DNA of 62,503 nt, the filler included. It is 8 parts of 8 records of this genome, joined end to end, with 100 filler letters (N's around TTAATTAATTAA, not from the genome) between each part and the next. Parts side by side here need not be neighbours in the genome. Positions count along the whole stretch, not along the records: positions 37,364 to 47,360 come from SRR20825010_684; positions 47,461 to 50,986 come from SRR20825010_686; positions 51,087 to 58,008 come from SRR20825010_701; 5 more parts are not named here. One strand, given 5' to 3'. Below, in pieces: positions 39,524 through 51,809 of the stretch. The notes beneath the pieces are model-generated. The model worked only from the letters and a program-made list of their open reading frames with translations, was not told where the DNA came from and made no database searches. Every line of letters begins with the position of its first letter. The first letter of the stretch is position 1. Both the position numbers and the translations under genes were made by a program.

Positions 39524-40368
39524 GGTACCGGCAAAATGGCCGCCAGGGCAAGGCCAGCCACAAAGCCTCCCAGGTGGGCTTCATTTGCCATCTGCCCCAA
39601 CCCCACCATTTCGGTAAATGGCGTAAAGCCAATCACCATCCAGGCCACGGCAAACGTCACCAGTGCAGGCGGGAACTGGAAACGGGGCACGCGCCGCTGG
39701 CTCAACCAGCAATAACCCAGAATGCCGTACACAACGCCAGACAGACCGCCAAACAGAGGCCCACTCACGATGTACTGCAATCCGTTGGACAGCAGGCTGG
39801 TCACTACGAACAGGGCAAGTAACCGCGCACGGCCATCGAACCACTCAACCTGACTGCCCAGGAACCACAACATGACGGAATTAAAGATGATATGGGTCCA
39901 GCTGAAATGCAGGAAATCCGGCGTGATCAGGCGCCAGACCTGCCCACCAGCCAAGGTAGAAGACAGCGCCTGGATTCGATCCGCCATGGTACCAACATCA
40001 TAGAAACGCGGATCGACGAACATCAACAGGGTGGATAGCTGATTCTGTCCCATGGCCGTCACCCAAGCCATCAATACGGCCAGGGCAATCATGGCGAGCA
40101 CCATGGGTGCGTGGCGTGGCGACGGCTGCCAACGCCCCCCGACAAACACCGGCGATTGCGCTGTCGTATTGACAGCGTCCTGCACCTCGGGTTCCTTCAG
40201 GAAGCGCTCAAGGGCCTGTAACACCGGCTCCGTATGCTCAGGGTTCTCCAGCCACAGCACCTGTGACCCACCCTCCTCGGTGATCCGGTGCTCCACCCCC
40301 TGCTCTTTCAGCCAACGACTGAAACCAGCCAGGTTTATGTCGGTCTCAATCTGTTTCACGCGATACAC
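39493..40368 (-). CDS. Rhomboid family intramembrane serine protease (GlpG-like)
   Basis: WRLITP.FLHF...HI.FN, GGLSGVVYG, ANEAHLGG. Confidence 0.92.
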   Translation of the reverse strand: MYRVKQIETDINLAGFSRWLKEQGVEHRITEEGGSQVLWLENPEHTEPVLQALERFLKEPEVQDAVNTTAQSPVFVGGRWQPSPRHAPMVLAMIALAVLMAWVTAMGQNQLSTLLMFVDPRFYDVGTMADRIQALSSTLAGGQVWRLITPDFLHFSWTHIIFNSVMLWFLGSQVEWFDGRARLLALFVVTSLLSNGLQYIVSGPLFGGLSGVVYGILGYCWLSQRRVPRFQFPPALVTFAVAWMVIGFTPFTEMVGLGQMANEAHLGGFVAGLALAAILPVPKKAPRNRGA

Positions 40369-40371
40369 AGG

Positions 40372-41385
40372 TTACCTCGCCACGCTGTCTTCGCTGGTGG
40401 GATAGTCCGGCTGCTCCGGCCTCTCCACATCCACCCAAACGAACTTGTCACGGGACAGGGTACGTTCGCCATCCAGGCGATAGGCCACTAGCTTGCCGTA
40501 TTTGACCGCACTGAAGTCGATGCAGGCCACATTGTGTTTCAGTGGTGCCGGCTCGCCTTCCATCCAGTAATGGCCCACGAACACCGGTGGCGCTGAAGCG
40601 GGATAGCTGATCAGCTGGCCTCGCTCAGCGTCCGTCAGCTCACGACAGGCGACGTCCTCCGGCAAGGGGTCGGGCTGGAACACCACATCGGCGTAGGTTT
40701 TCGGGTTATCAGCCCAGAACTTGGTGCGGAAAAACTCCCTGACGTAGCCGTCTTTACCGGTAATCTTCACGCCCGGCGGCAAGCGAAGATCCGTGCCGCG
40801 CAGCAAGGTATCCATGACTTGGCCGGCGAAGGACTCAATCGCCGCCGATGCATGGAGGAACTCGTCATCGATACAGGCACCCCCCTGATTTTCCTTGAAT
40901 TTGGTGATCAGGTCGCTGTCCCAACACGCATGTACTGCCCGGAAATCCGGCTCATCGATAAACAGGGGAATGGTGTAGAACCACTCCAGAAACTCGTTCC
41001 ATTCGTGGGGGTAATGCTCGAACTGTTCGAGGGTTTCGCGGATCAACCGGTCGTGCCGGGCATTGTGCTCCCGCAGGAACGTCTTGCCACTGCCGGGGCG
41101 GGCACGGGTGCAGTAGCCCAGGGCGTTGTACTCGTGATTTCCCATTACGATGCGGGCGGAACCGTGCTCGACCATGTCCCTGACCAGATGCAGTGCCTCA
41201 CGGATACGAGGTCCGCGGTCAATGATGTCACCAATGAATATGGCCTGGCGCCGGGGGTGTTCATAGACACCGTTAACCTTGCGATAGCCCATCTGGTCCA
41301 GTAGCCGCACCAGGGTATGAGCGCATCCGTGAATATCGCCGATAATGTCGTAGCCGCGGCTCGCGGATCTTTCCTGTCCTGGCAT
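40372..41385 (-). CDS. Calcineurin-like metallophosphoesterase
   Basis: IGDIHG, GDIIDRG, GNHE, VHACW, GHYW. Confidence 0.9.
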   Translation of the reverse strand: MPGQERSASRGYDIIGDIHGCAHTLVRLLDQMGYRKVNGVYEHPRRQAIFIGDIIDRGPRIREALHLVRDMVEHGSARIVMGNHEYNALGYCTRARPGSGKTFLREHNARHDRLIRETLEQFEHYPHEWNEFLEWFYTIPLFIDEPDFRAVHACWDSDLITKFKENQGGACIDDEFLHASAAIESFAGQVMDTLLRGTDLRLPPGVKITGKDGYVREFFRTKFWADNPKTYADVVFQPDPLPEDVACRELTDAERGQLISYPASAPPVFVGHYWMEGEPAPLKHNVACIDFSAVKYGKLVAYRLDGERTLSRDKFVWVDVERPEQPDYPTSEDSVAR

Positions 41386-41389
41386 GTTG

Positions 41390-42274
41390 TTAGCTCGCTG
41401 CAATCTCACTGGCCCAGCCCAGCTTGTCCCGGCATGTGGCGTAAAAATTATGATCCGCGGGGTGAATCAGGCGAATCTTGAAGGGTTTCTTGGTGATTCG
41501 GATGATGTCGCCGGGGGCACAGGCAATGTTCATCTGCCCGTCGAAACTGATCTGCGGATAGGTTTCGTTGGTTTCACCGATCACCAGCTTGATCTCGCTC
41601 TTGCCGTCCACCACGATCGGGCGACTGCTCAACGTGTGCGGGAACATGGGTACCAGCACGACGGCATCGAGTTTCGGATGCATGATCGGCCCGCCCGCCG
41701 ATAACGAATAGGCGGTCGACCCGGTCGGTGTAGCCACGATAAGCCCATCCGAGCGTTGGCTGTATACGAAATGTCCGTCGATGTAGAGGTCGAACCCGAT
41801 CATCCGGGTCGATTTGCCGGGATGCAGCACCACGTCATTCAGGGCGGTTCCAAAGCCCAGCGGCTGGCCATTGCGCTCCACGTGCCCATCCAGCAGGAAA
41901 CGGGTCTCTTCGATGTATTTCCCCTGCAGGACCTTGCCCAGCCGTTCCTCCAGGTCAGACGGAGAAATATCGGTCAGGAAACCAAGACGACCACGGTTCA
42001 CACCCAGCAGCGGAATCTTGGATTTGGCCAGTTCCCGGGCAGCGCCCAGCAGACTGCCATCACCACCCACCACAATAACCAGGTCACAAATTTCACCCAG
42101 CAGCTTCTTGCTGGCCACCTGAAGACCATGACCAGGCAGCATACTGGCGGTGTCTTCCTCAATGATCACGTGATAATTATTGCTCACCAGATACTGTTTG
42201 AGCTGACGCAGCGATTCGACCACCTTTACGCTGCCCATGCGGCCAATCACGCCAATGTTTCTGAATTGATCCAT
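41390..42274 (-). CDS. nadK: NAD kinase
   Basis: GGDGS, GRLGFL, LND, DGLIVATPTGSTAYSLSAGG; start trimmed to MDQFR. Confidence 0.96.
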   Translation of the reverse strand: MDQFRNIGVIGRMGSVKVVESLRQLKQYLVSNNYHVIIEEDTASMLPGHGLQVASKKLLGEICDLVIVVGGDGSLLGAARELAKSKIPLLGVNRGRLGFLTDISPSDLEERLGKVLQGKYIEETRFLLDGHVERNGQPLGFGTALNDVVLHPGKSTRMIGFDLYIDGHFVYSQRSDGLIVATPTGSTAYSLSAGGPIMHPKLDAVVLVPMFPHTLSSRPIVVDGKSEIKLVIGETNETYPQISFDGQMNIACAPGDIIRITKKPFKIRLIHPADHNFYATCRDKLGWASEIAAS

Positions 42275-42406
42275 GTAGCTTCCTGTGGGTGTCTGGGTTG
42301 GGCCGGGGCGGAGCTGATTCATCACCCGGGGGCGTATCAGCACCCATAGTAACGAAATACGGCCCGATTCTGAAAAAAGATCCCGCAGGAAATCGCTAGA
42401 GGCAGG

Positions 42407-43657
42407 TTAGTTGGAGTCCTTCGGCCGGTGCTGTTCGCAGCGATCATCCACCTCTGCCCGAAACTCAGCCGGCTGACTGATGCGCATGACGGGCTCACCA
42501 CAGGGTTTACCGTTGGTAAGCTTATGATGGCAGACCGGGTGTTCATAGTGGTCAAGCCATTGCCGGTAGGCCGGCTCATTGAGCCCGCAACGCTCAGCAG
42601 CGTAGGCCACAGGGTTGCGGAAATAGCTCTCGATATCATCGTAAGGCAGGGTAATATGACCTACCCCGGCGTGGTAGGCCACCAGGAAGACCGAATGGTT
42701 TTGCAGATGATCCATGACTGAATTTTCGGTTGGCGGCTGGTGTCGCAAGTCATAGTTTTCCTGCTCCAGCACCACGATCTTTTCGTCCCTCAATTCCAGT
42801 TCGCGCTGACGGCGCTCCAGTTGCTCTCGCAGCAACACCACCTCGGCATCCGCCGTAGCACCCTCGCGCTCATTACGGGCCTCACCACTGGCGATCTGCT
42901 CCTGCATCATCAGGTACTGCTCATTGCGCTCAGCAAGGCGTTTTTTCAGCTGTTCATTGCTGAGTTTCTGGCGCTCATACTTCTGCTGGAGTTCGGCGGT
43001 CTCATTACGCAGGGCCTGCATCTCATGGCGGTTTTCACGCTGCAGATCAGACAGCGCATCGCGATGAACACTTTGCAGGGTTTTGATGCGAAGCCGCTGT
43101 TCCCGGATAACACGGGCAAGCCGCACCCGGTCTGCGGAAACCTCAGGTTCTTCCTGGGAACGGGACTCGGCACCCAACACAGGAATATCCTCTTCCGGCG
43201 TGGGCTCCACCTTGCGGAACCTCAGTGTGTTCGCATCCACGGCGCGCCGAATGGCCTGAAAGTGGTTGCTTCCCGGGGTCATATCAGGATCCCAGAAATC
43301 CTCGGCACTGGCAGACTTCGGGCATTGACTGCGACACACCAATCGAATCGGACCAGCACCCATATCCGGGCCCTTGGCACCTTTGCGGGCCAGTTTTTCT
43401 ACGGGCAAGTTCCAATGGCTGTCAGCCCTGCCTTCCTCATCAAAATAGATTCGGAAAAAAACCAGCGAACGCACCAGAAGGTCGCTGCCAAGCAATACGT
43501 AAACGGCCTTTACATCGGTATCTGCCAGGTCGGACAGGCCAACGTAGCCATCAAGAAAGGCTCCGAACTCAGACGCACGCATCTGGCGCGACACGTCGCT
43601 GCCGTCCATGAAAAACACCGCCGAATAACCATCGCTTGCCTGGTCGGCAGACCCCAT
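42407..43657 (-). CDS. Coiled-coil protein of unknown function with Cys/His clusters
   Basis: Long ORF; central heptad-rich segment; CRSQCP and C-terminal HPVC...C...C..H. Confidence 0.75.
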   Translation of the reverse strand: MGSADQASDGYSAVFFMDGSDVSRQMRASEFGAFLDGYVGLSDLADTDVKAVYVLLGSDLLVRSLVFFRIYFDEEGRADSHWNLPVEKLARKGAKGPDMGAGPIRLVCRSQCPKSASAEDFWDPDMTPGSNHFQAIRRAVDANTLRFRKVEPTPEEDIPVLGAESRSQEEPEVSADRVRLARVIREQRLRIKTLQSVHRDALSDLQRENRHEMQALRNETAELQQKYERQKLSNEQLKKRLAERNEQYLMMQEQIASGEARNEREGATADAEVVLLREQLERRQRELELRDEKIVVLEQENYDLRHQPPTENSVMDHLQNHSVFLVAYHAGVGHITLPYDDIESYFRNPVAYAAERCGLNEPAYRQWLDHYEHPVCHHKLTNGKPCGEPVMRISQPAEFRAEVDDRCEQHRPKDSN

Positions 43658-43871
43658 TGCTAACTCCCCACTCTCCAAAAACCCGACCGCTACACGACAA
43701 ACACACCAAAAGTGTTCCGTTTTTTCGTCAGACACCAGAAACTGGCCCTGCACAGTGCGCGGGGCCGGCTTCAAACTGACAGACTTCCGGATAATAGTCT
43801 AGCGGGTCAAACCTCTGAAGGTAGAGTAAAACTGCAACGTTTTGTGATCAGGGCCCGCACGCCCGTGGCAC

Positions 43872-46067
<2,196 letters not shown>

Positions 46068-46069
46068 TC

Positions 46070-47128
46070 ATGAAAACGAGCACCAGACACAAAAACCCCC
46101 TCGGCGATATCAGCGTGCTGTACGTCGCCGTCATGGCCCGCGCACTTCGGGCCGAAGGCCAGGACCCCACAGACCTGCTGAGCCGGTTTGGGCTGGACGA
46201 ACAAGCACTGGGAGCGCCTGCGGCCCGGATCAGCATCCCCCGGTTCATGAGAATGGGTCAGGCGGCTATCGCCCTCACCGGCAACCCCGCGCTCGGCCTG
46301 ACGATGGGCCAGCTGTCTCGCCCCGTGGACGCGGGTATCGCAGGGCTTGCCGCCCAATCTGCCGCCACAGCTGGCGAAGCCATCAGCACGCTGATTCATT
46401 ATTCCCTACTCAACAGCCGCAACAGCAGGGGTGTTCCCTGGACAGCCGGCAAGGGCCGTGAAGCGCATTTTTACTCCATCAAACCCTACAACGTGTTTAA
46501 TTACTTCGTGGTGGATTCGGTCCTTGCAGCCTGGGCCCAATTCCTGAGGCTCATTACCGGCCACGACGGGGTCGTTGAACGGGTCTGCATTGAGTACCCT
46601 TCCCAGGGTTACGACGATGTGTTTGAACAGTGGTTCGGGTGCCCGGTGAAGTTCGGTGCCGAAGGCAACAGCCTCAGACTGGCCCCGGGAATAGCGGAAG
46701 CCGCTTCGCTACAGGCGCAGGCCGCCATGTTCGAGTCACTGTCAGGGCAGTGCGCGCTGGAACTGTCACGTATCCGCGCCGGGTGGAGCACGGCTGACCG
46801 GGTGAAAGACCAGCTCCCACCCCTGCTACAGGGCGGCACTCCGACCCTGATGACCGTCGCCCATAAGCTCGGCGTCGCGCCCTGGACACTTCAAAGGCAA
46901 TTGGCAGAGGAGAACACCGGATTTCGGGAACTGGTGGACGACACCCGCAAGGAGCTGGCTGTCGAGTACATACGGGAAACACGGGTATCGCTGTCAGAAA
47001 TTGCGTGGCTATTGGGCTTTGCCAATCCGGCAGCATTTCATAAGGCGTGGCGTCGCTGGTTCAACACCAGCCCGGGGGAACATCGAAAACAGTACCTGGC
47101 GGAGCAGGCTGCCAAAGGCATTCTCTAA
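46070..47128 (+). CDS. AraC family transcriptional regulator
   Basis: C-terminal HTH: TLQRQL.EE...F..L.D..R..LA..Y, IA.LLGF....AF..A..RW...SP..R. Confidence 0.92.
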   Translation: MKTSTRHKNPLGDISVLYVAVMARALRAEGQDPTDLLSRFGLDEQALGAPAARISIPRFMRMGQAAIALTGNPALGLTMGQLSRPVDAGIAGLAAQSAATAGEAISTLIHYSLLNSRNSRGVPWTAGKGREAHFYSIKPYNVFNYFVVDSVLAAWAQFLRLITGHDGVVERVCIEYPSQGYDDVFEQWFGCPVKFGAEGNSLRLAPGIAEAASLQAQAAMFESLSGQCALELSRIRAGWSTADRVKDQLPPLLQGGTPTLMTVAHKLGVAPWTLQRQLAEENTGFRELVDDTRKELAVEYIRETRVSLSEIAWLLGFANPAAFHKAWRRWFNTSPGEHRKQYLAEQAAKGIL

Positions 47129-47144
47129 AAACCTGAAAGCACCA

Positions 47145-47231
47145 CTACAACTCAGTGGCATCGTCCAGAGTATCGTCATCATCATAGTCTTCAAACTGAC
47201 AATCCATCAGCTCTTCTTCGTAATCGGACAT
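47145..47231 (-). CDS. Putative 28-aa highly acidic small protein
   Basis: MSDYEEELMDCQFEDYDDDDTLDDATEL*; GGGAG 7 nt before the ATG; below the ORF-track size cutoff. Confidence 0.5.
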   Translation of the reverse strand: MSDYEEELMDCQFEDYDDDDTLDDATEL

Positions 47232-47334
47232 TATTCGTCTCCCAAGTTTCAAACAGAAGAACGATAGCATGGACAATATTACAGAGAGATGAATCGGGAA
47301 TGACAACAAAAAGAGGTAATCAAAGAAGGGAAAA

Positions 47335-47360
47335 TGGCGGAGCGGACGGGACTCGAACCC
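47335..47360 (-). tRNA. tRNA 3' fragment, probably tRNA-Asp (truncated by contig end)
   Basis: Minus strand GGGTTCGAGTCCCGTCCGCTCCGCCA: T-arm, acceptor strand and CCA typical of proteobacterial tRNA-Asp; anticodon not visible. Confidence 0.8.
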
Positions 47361-47460
47361 NNNNNNNNNNNNNNNNNNNNNNNNNNNNNNNNNNNNNNNN
47401 NNNNTTAATTAATTAANNNNNNNNNNNNNNNNNNNNNNNNNNNNNNNNNNNNNNNNNNNN
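47361..47460. other. Artificial contig spacer
   Basis: Ns flanking TTAATTAATTAA. Confidence 0.99.
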
Positions 47461-48283
47461 CGGATTTCTGATCACGCCGCTTTTGATTTTCTACCAGATC
47501 CCGCCGGTGGTGGCGGTCGCCACGGGTGCAAGCCAGGTGGTCGCATCCTCGGTCTCCGGCACACTCACCCATTTCCGGCGCGGCACGCTGGACATGAAGC
47601 TCGGAACGGTGCTCCTGTCTGGCGGTCTGGTCGGCGCGACCATCGGCATCTGGCTGTTTTCGCTGTTGCGCGATCTCGGCCAGCTCGATCTGGTGATTTC
47701 GCTGCTTTACGTCGTGCTGCTGTCGTCGATCGGCATGCTGATGCTGGTGGAAAGCATCCGCGCCATAAGGCGCAGCGCCAAGCAGCAATCCGTCTCGCTG
47801 CGCAAGCCCGGCCAGCATAACTGGGTCCACCGCCTTCCGATCAAGATGCGCTTCAAGAAATCGAAGCTCTATCTCAGCGTCATCCCGGTGTTCGTGCTCG
47901 GCGGCGTGATCGGCGTTCTCACCTCCTCGCTCGGCATCGGCGGCGGCTTCATCATGGTGCCGGCGATGATCTATCTCCTGCGCATTCCGACCAATATCGT
48001 GGTCGGCACGTCGCTGTTCCAGATCATCTTCGTCTCCGCCTATACCACCGTGGTGCAGGCGACCACGAACTATTCGGTCGATATCGTGCTCGCCACCATC
48101 CTGATGCTGTCGAGCGTTGTCGGCGCGCAATACGGGGTGCGCGTCGGCCAGAAGCTCAAGGGCGAACAGTTGCGCGCGCTGCTGGCAATCCTGATCCTCG
48201 CCGTCGGCGTCAGGCTCGCCTTCGGTCTGGTGGCCACGCCGGTCGATTTCTTCTCGGTCGTGTTCGAGGGGGCGCCGCAATGA
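47461..48283 (+). CDS. TauE/SafE (TSUP) family transporter, 5' end missing
   Basis: P.VAVAT, GIGGGFIMVP.M.Y.L......VGTSL; paired with a TIGR02186 gene. Confidence 0.9.
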
Positions 48284-49059
48284 TCAGGAACGCTCTCCTT
48301 TTCCTCGCCGTCCTTCTGCTTCCGGCAACGTCCATTGCCCAGACGCAACACCAGGAAACGCTCGAGATCGGAACCTCGACCAACCAGATCGCGATCACCT
48401 CGGATTTTTCCGGCGCCGACCTGACCGTGTTCGGCGCGATCAACGATGCCGATCCGATGCTGCTTTCCAGGGGCGGCTACGACATCGTGGTGATCCTGGA
48501 AGGCCCGAAGGCCGAGGCCGATGTGCGCCGCAAGGAGCGCATGTTCGGAATCTGGGTCAACCGGGAAACGGTAACCTTCGAACATGTGCCGCGTTCCTAC
48601 TCGATTTCCAGTACGCGACCGCTGGATGAGATGACCACGCCGCAGACGCTCAACTCGGCCGGCATCGGCGTTTCGCACCTGCGCATTTCGCCCGTCGGCT
48701 ATTTCGGCGATGCCAGCGACGTGGCCACCTTCCGCAACGCGATGCTGCGCCTGAACGCCGCTGACGCGCTTTACGACAGCGAGCCGGAAGGGGTGACCTT
48801 CGTCTCCAACAGCCTGTTCCGGGCGGGCCTCCGGCTTTCGGTGAACATTCCCCAGGGCACCCACACGGTGCGGGCCTATCTGTTCAAGAACGGCCGCCAG
48901 ATCGCGACCGAGACGCTGCCGCTGAAGGTCGTGAAGACCGGGCTCGAGGCTCAGCTCACGATAGCCGCACACGAATATCCGCTGTTCTACGGCCTCGGCA
49001 CAGTGTTCATCGCGCTGTTTTCGGGGTGGTTCGCAAGCGTGGCGTTCCGCAAGAACTGA
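48280..49059 (+). CDS. TIGR02186-type alphaproteobacterial membrane protein
   Basis: Signal peptide, IAITSDFSG..L.VFG, VRRKER.FGIW.N, C-terminal TM. Confidence 0.85.
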   Translation: MIRNALLFLAVLLLPATSIAQTQHQETLEIGTSTNQIAITSDFSGADLTVFGAINDADPMLLSRGGYDIVVILEGPKAEADVRRKERMFGIWVNRETVTFEHVPRSYSISSTRPLDEMTTPQTLNSAGIGVSHLRISPVGYFGDASDVATFRNAMLRLNAADALYDSEPEGVTFVSNSLFRAGLRLSVNIPQGTHTVRAYLFKNGRQIATETLPLKVVKTGLEAQLTIAAHEYPLFYGLGTVFIALFSGWFASVAFRKN

Positions 49060-49061
49060 TC

Positions 49062-49946
49062 TCAGCCATCGTCGACAAGGCGGGCGAGCGTGCTGCGGCC
49101 GAGCGCCGCCATCTCCTGGTTGCTGCTCTCGTAGTACCAGACGAGGCCAACCGCCTGTACGAACGCCCAGGCGGCCCCTCTTTGCCATTCCACCTCGTCC
49201 GAGCCGAGGCTCTGCCTGACGCGTGCCCGGCGGGATGCGTCAAGGAGATGCCAGCAGGCCACCAGATCGAGCGCGGGGTCCGCCGGACCGAAAGCGCCGC
49301 CGTCAAGCACGCCAGCAAGCCGTCCCTTGCCCACCAGCAGGTTCGCCGGGATCAAATCACGATGGCTCATAACATCCGGCCCGGCGGGCGGCAGCAACCG
49401 CAGCCTTTGCCACAGCGCCGAAAGGCGGGGCACATCAAGCAGTCCGAGACTTTTCTCAAGACAGGTTGCGACCCAGGCATCATGATCCGTCAGGACCCCG
49501 CCCCTGCCGGCTCCATCGAAACGAAGGCCTTGCGTGTCGGCCTGCCTGAACGCTGCAATCAGCCGAACGAGGTCGCCGGCGAATTCTTCCGAATGAGAAA
49601 GGCCAGAGGGCGTTGCAACCATGCCCGGCAAAAAGCTCTGCACGGACCAGAACATCGGATAGCCGGCACCTGGACGGCCAATGCCGATCGGCGTCGGTGT
49701 GGGAACGGGCGAGCATGCAGCAAGTTCCGCAAGCGCGACGGCCTCCGCTGCCAACCGGGTATAAATCTTTTCAGGCGACTGCTCGCGGCGCGGAAACCGC
49801 GCGGCGACCTCGCTTCCGATACGGAAAATCGCGTGATCCGTACCGCCGGCGAGTGGCGTCACAGGAAGGCCCGCAAACCGTGCAAACTGGTCGGCGATCA
49901 AGCTGCGGACTGTCGCCGGTTCTACTGTGATCTCATCGTCGTGCAT
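49062..49946 (-). CDS. Aminoglycoside-phosphotransferase-like kinase
   Basis: G.D..IFR.G....RFP, HRDLIPANLL, LD......DPA.DL. Confidence 0.85.
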   Translation of the reverse strand: MHDDEITVEPATVRSLIADQFARFAGLPVTPLAGGTDHAIFRIGSEVAARFPRREQSPEKIYTRLAAEAVALAELAACSPVPTPTPIGIGRPGAGYPMFWSVQSFLPGMVATPSGLSHSEEFAGDLVRLIAAFRQADTQGLRFDGAGRGGVLTDHDAWVATCLEKSLGLLDVPRLSALWQRLRLLPPAGPDVMSHRDLIPANLLVGKGRLAGVLDGGAFGPADPALDLVACWHLLDASRRARVRQSLGSDEVEWQRGAAWAFVQAVGLVWYYESSNQEMAALGRSTLARLVDDG

Positions 49947-50659
49947 CAGCAGCCAAGCGCGGAAAACGGCAGCGAATAAACCCGCTCCGGCCCCAGCATA
50001 TGAACGTTGAGAAGTTGCCGGTTGAAGAGCCCGGCAAAGGCGGCGTGGCGAATATCCAGCCCGCCGCGCGTCGTGGCGAAGGCCGGCAGCATCAGTCGCG
50101 TCTCATCGGCGGCAAAGCAGGGACGGCGGACGGATTTGCCGGGCCGGCGCAGCACGGCGGAGGGGTGGAGATGCCCGCAGATTTCCGCCTCGGCCTTGCG
50201 GGTCGGCTCATGACGGAAAGTCAGTCCTTCAAAACGCCAGACATCGAAGACCTGTCCCGGCAGACCGCCCACCCCATCGGGATCGTGATTGCCGTTGATC
50301 CACACCCAGTCGCAGCTTTCCGCAAGCGCCGAAAGCGCATCGCGCGATTGCGAGGGCATTTGCCTTGCACCGACGCGGTCGTGAAAATTGTCGCCGAGCG
50401 AGACCACGCGGGCGGGGCGATAGCGGACGATCACGGCTGCAAGCGCCGCGAGGGTGCGCCCGGTATCGTAAGGCGGCAGGAAGAAGCCGCGGCGCGCATG
50501 GGCGGCGCCGCGCTCCAGATGGAGGTCGGAGACGACAAGAAGGCCGTGTTCGGGGAAGAAGGCGGCGCCCGAGGCATCGAATTCGACGACATGGCCCGCG
50601 AACCGGCGGGCGCGGCCGGCATCTCGTTCCCGTTCGATCGCAAGAGCATCCAAGCTCAT
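49946..50659 (-). CDS. pdeM: Ligase-associated DNA damage response metallophosphoesterase/endonuclease
   Basis: SDLHLE, LPPYDT, LGD.FHD, GNHD, GHLHP, LPAF; follows an Lhr-core helicase. Confidence 0.85.
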   Translation of the reverse strand: MSLDALAIERERDAGRARRFAGHVVEFDASGAAFFPEHGLLVVSDLHLERGAAHARRGFFLPPYDTGRTLAALAAVIVRYRPARVVSLGDNFHDRVGARQMPSQSRDALSALAESCDWVWINGNHDPDGVGGLPGQVFDVWRFEGLTFRHEPTRKAEAEICGHLHPSAVLRRPGKSVRRPCFAADETRLMLPAFATTRGGLDIRHAAFAGLFNRQLLNVHMLGPERVYSLPFSALGC

Positions 50660-50986
50660 TCCCTGGCCTCTTCTGTTTCGTGCATCGCTTCCGCTGCCTC
50701 GAGCGCTGCCGCCAGTTCGTCGGCTGCCTGCTGAAGCACCGCATCGCCAGCGCCGCCATTGACGCTTTCGCGGCCGATTTCAAGCAGCACCGGCACGGCC
50801 AGCGGCGAGACCCGTTCCAGCCGATAGTGAACCAGATGCCCCTTGATTCGTTCCAGCATTGTGCCAAGCCGGGCGATGTCCAGCAAGCCGGACGCAGCAT
50901 CCGCCCGGGTCGCCTGCAGCAGAATATGGTCGGGCTCGTGGCTGCGCAGCACATCGTAGATCAGGTCGGCGGAAACCGTCATCTGC
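50656..50986 (-). CDS. Ligase-associated DEXH (Lhr-core) helicase, 3' fragment
   Basis: DLIYDVLR.HEPDH.LL, SPLAVP.LLE.GRE. Confidence 0.85.
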
Positions 50987-51086
50987 NNNNNNNNNNNNNN
51001 NNNNNNNNNNNNNNNNNNNNNNNNNNNNNNTTAATTAATTAANNNNNNNNNNNNNNNNNNNNNNNNNNNNNNNNNNNNNNNNNNNN
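50987..51086. other. Artificial contig spacer
   Basis: Ns flanking TTAATTAATTAA. Confidence 0.99.
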
Positions 51087-51809
51087 CCAGAACCACCAGC
51101 CACCCCAGCCAAGCTCATAATAGGCCCACCAAGACCCAAGCGCGAGGCCACCGGTGAGGAACATCCACGCCGTCAGCGTCCACGGCCGTACCCAGCGCGC
51201 CCACAGGGGCGTTACCTCGCCCTCAATAAGCGCGGCCACCGCGAATGAGAAAACCACAGAGAGGCCCACATAACCGAGGTATAGCATGGGTGGGTGGAAC
51301 GCGAGGCCGGGGTCCTGCAAAAGCGGGTTCAGGCCGTTGCCTTCCAGCGGGGCCGGATCAAGCCGGGTGAAAGGATTACTGGTGAAAATCACAAACAGCA
51401 GGAAGCCTAGCACCAGCGCGCTTTGCACCGCCAAAACGCGGGAGCGAAAGCGAAACGGCAAACGCTTGCCCTTGACCGAAACGGCGGTACCGAACAGCGT
51501 GAGCACCAGCACCCAGAACATGAGGCTGCCTTCGTGGTTGCCCCATACGCCTGAGATTTTATAGAGCAGCGGCTTCGCGCTGTGGGAGTGGGCCGCAACC
51601 GCGTAGACTGAGAAATCAGAGTTCAGGAAACTATAGGTCAGCGCCGCATAAGCCACCACGGCCATTATGAACTGACCAACAACCGCGTTATCTGCCAAGC
51701 CAATCAAACGCGCATTGCCGCGGGCGAGGCCAAGGTGTGGCACCACGGCACCAAGAAGCGCAAACGCCAGCGCAATCATCAGCGCAAAATGGCCAAGTTC
51801 TGCGATCAT
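51087..51809 (-). CDS. ccmF: Cytochrome c heme lyase CcmF, 5' part
   Basis: [45 protein letters not shown]. Confidence 0.96.

Noticed and set aside
39418-39822. Plus-strand ORFs starting in the Fur-box region
   Set aside because: They cross a strong terminator and run antisense to the rhomboid gene; an sRNA explains the region better.
47128-47360. Integrated element attachment site at the tRNA
   Set aside because: No integrase and no duplicated tRNA 3' end within the contig; the tRNA is simply cut by the assembly break.
49062-49946. Bona fide aminoglycoside resistance gene
   Set aside because: Only the APH-like kinase fold is evident; no mobile context and no recognisable clinical APH sequence.
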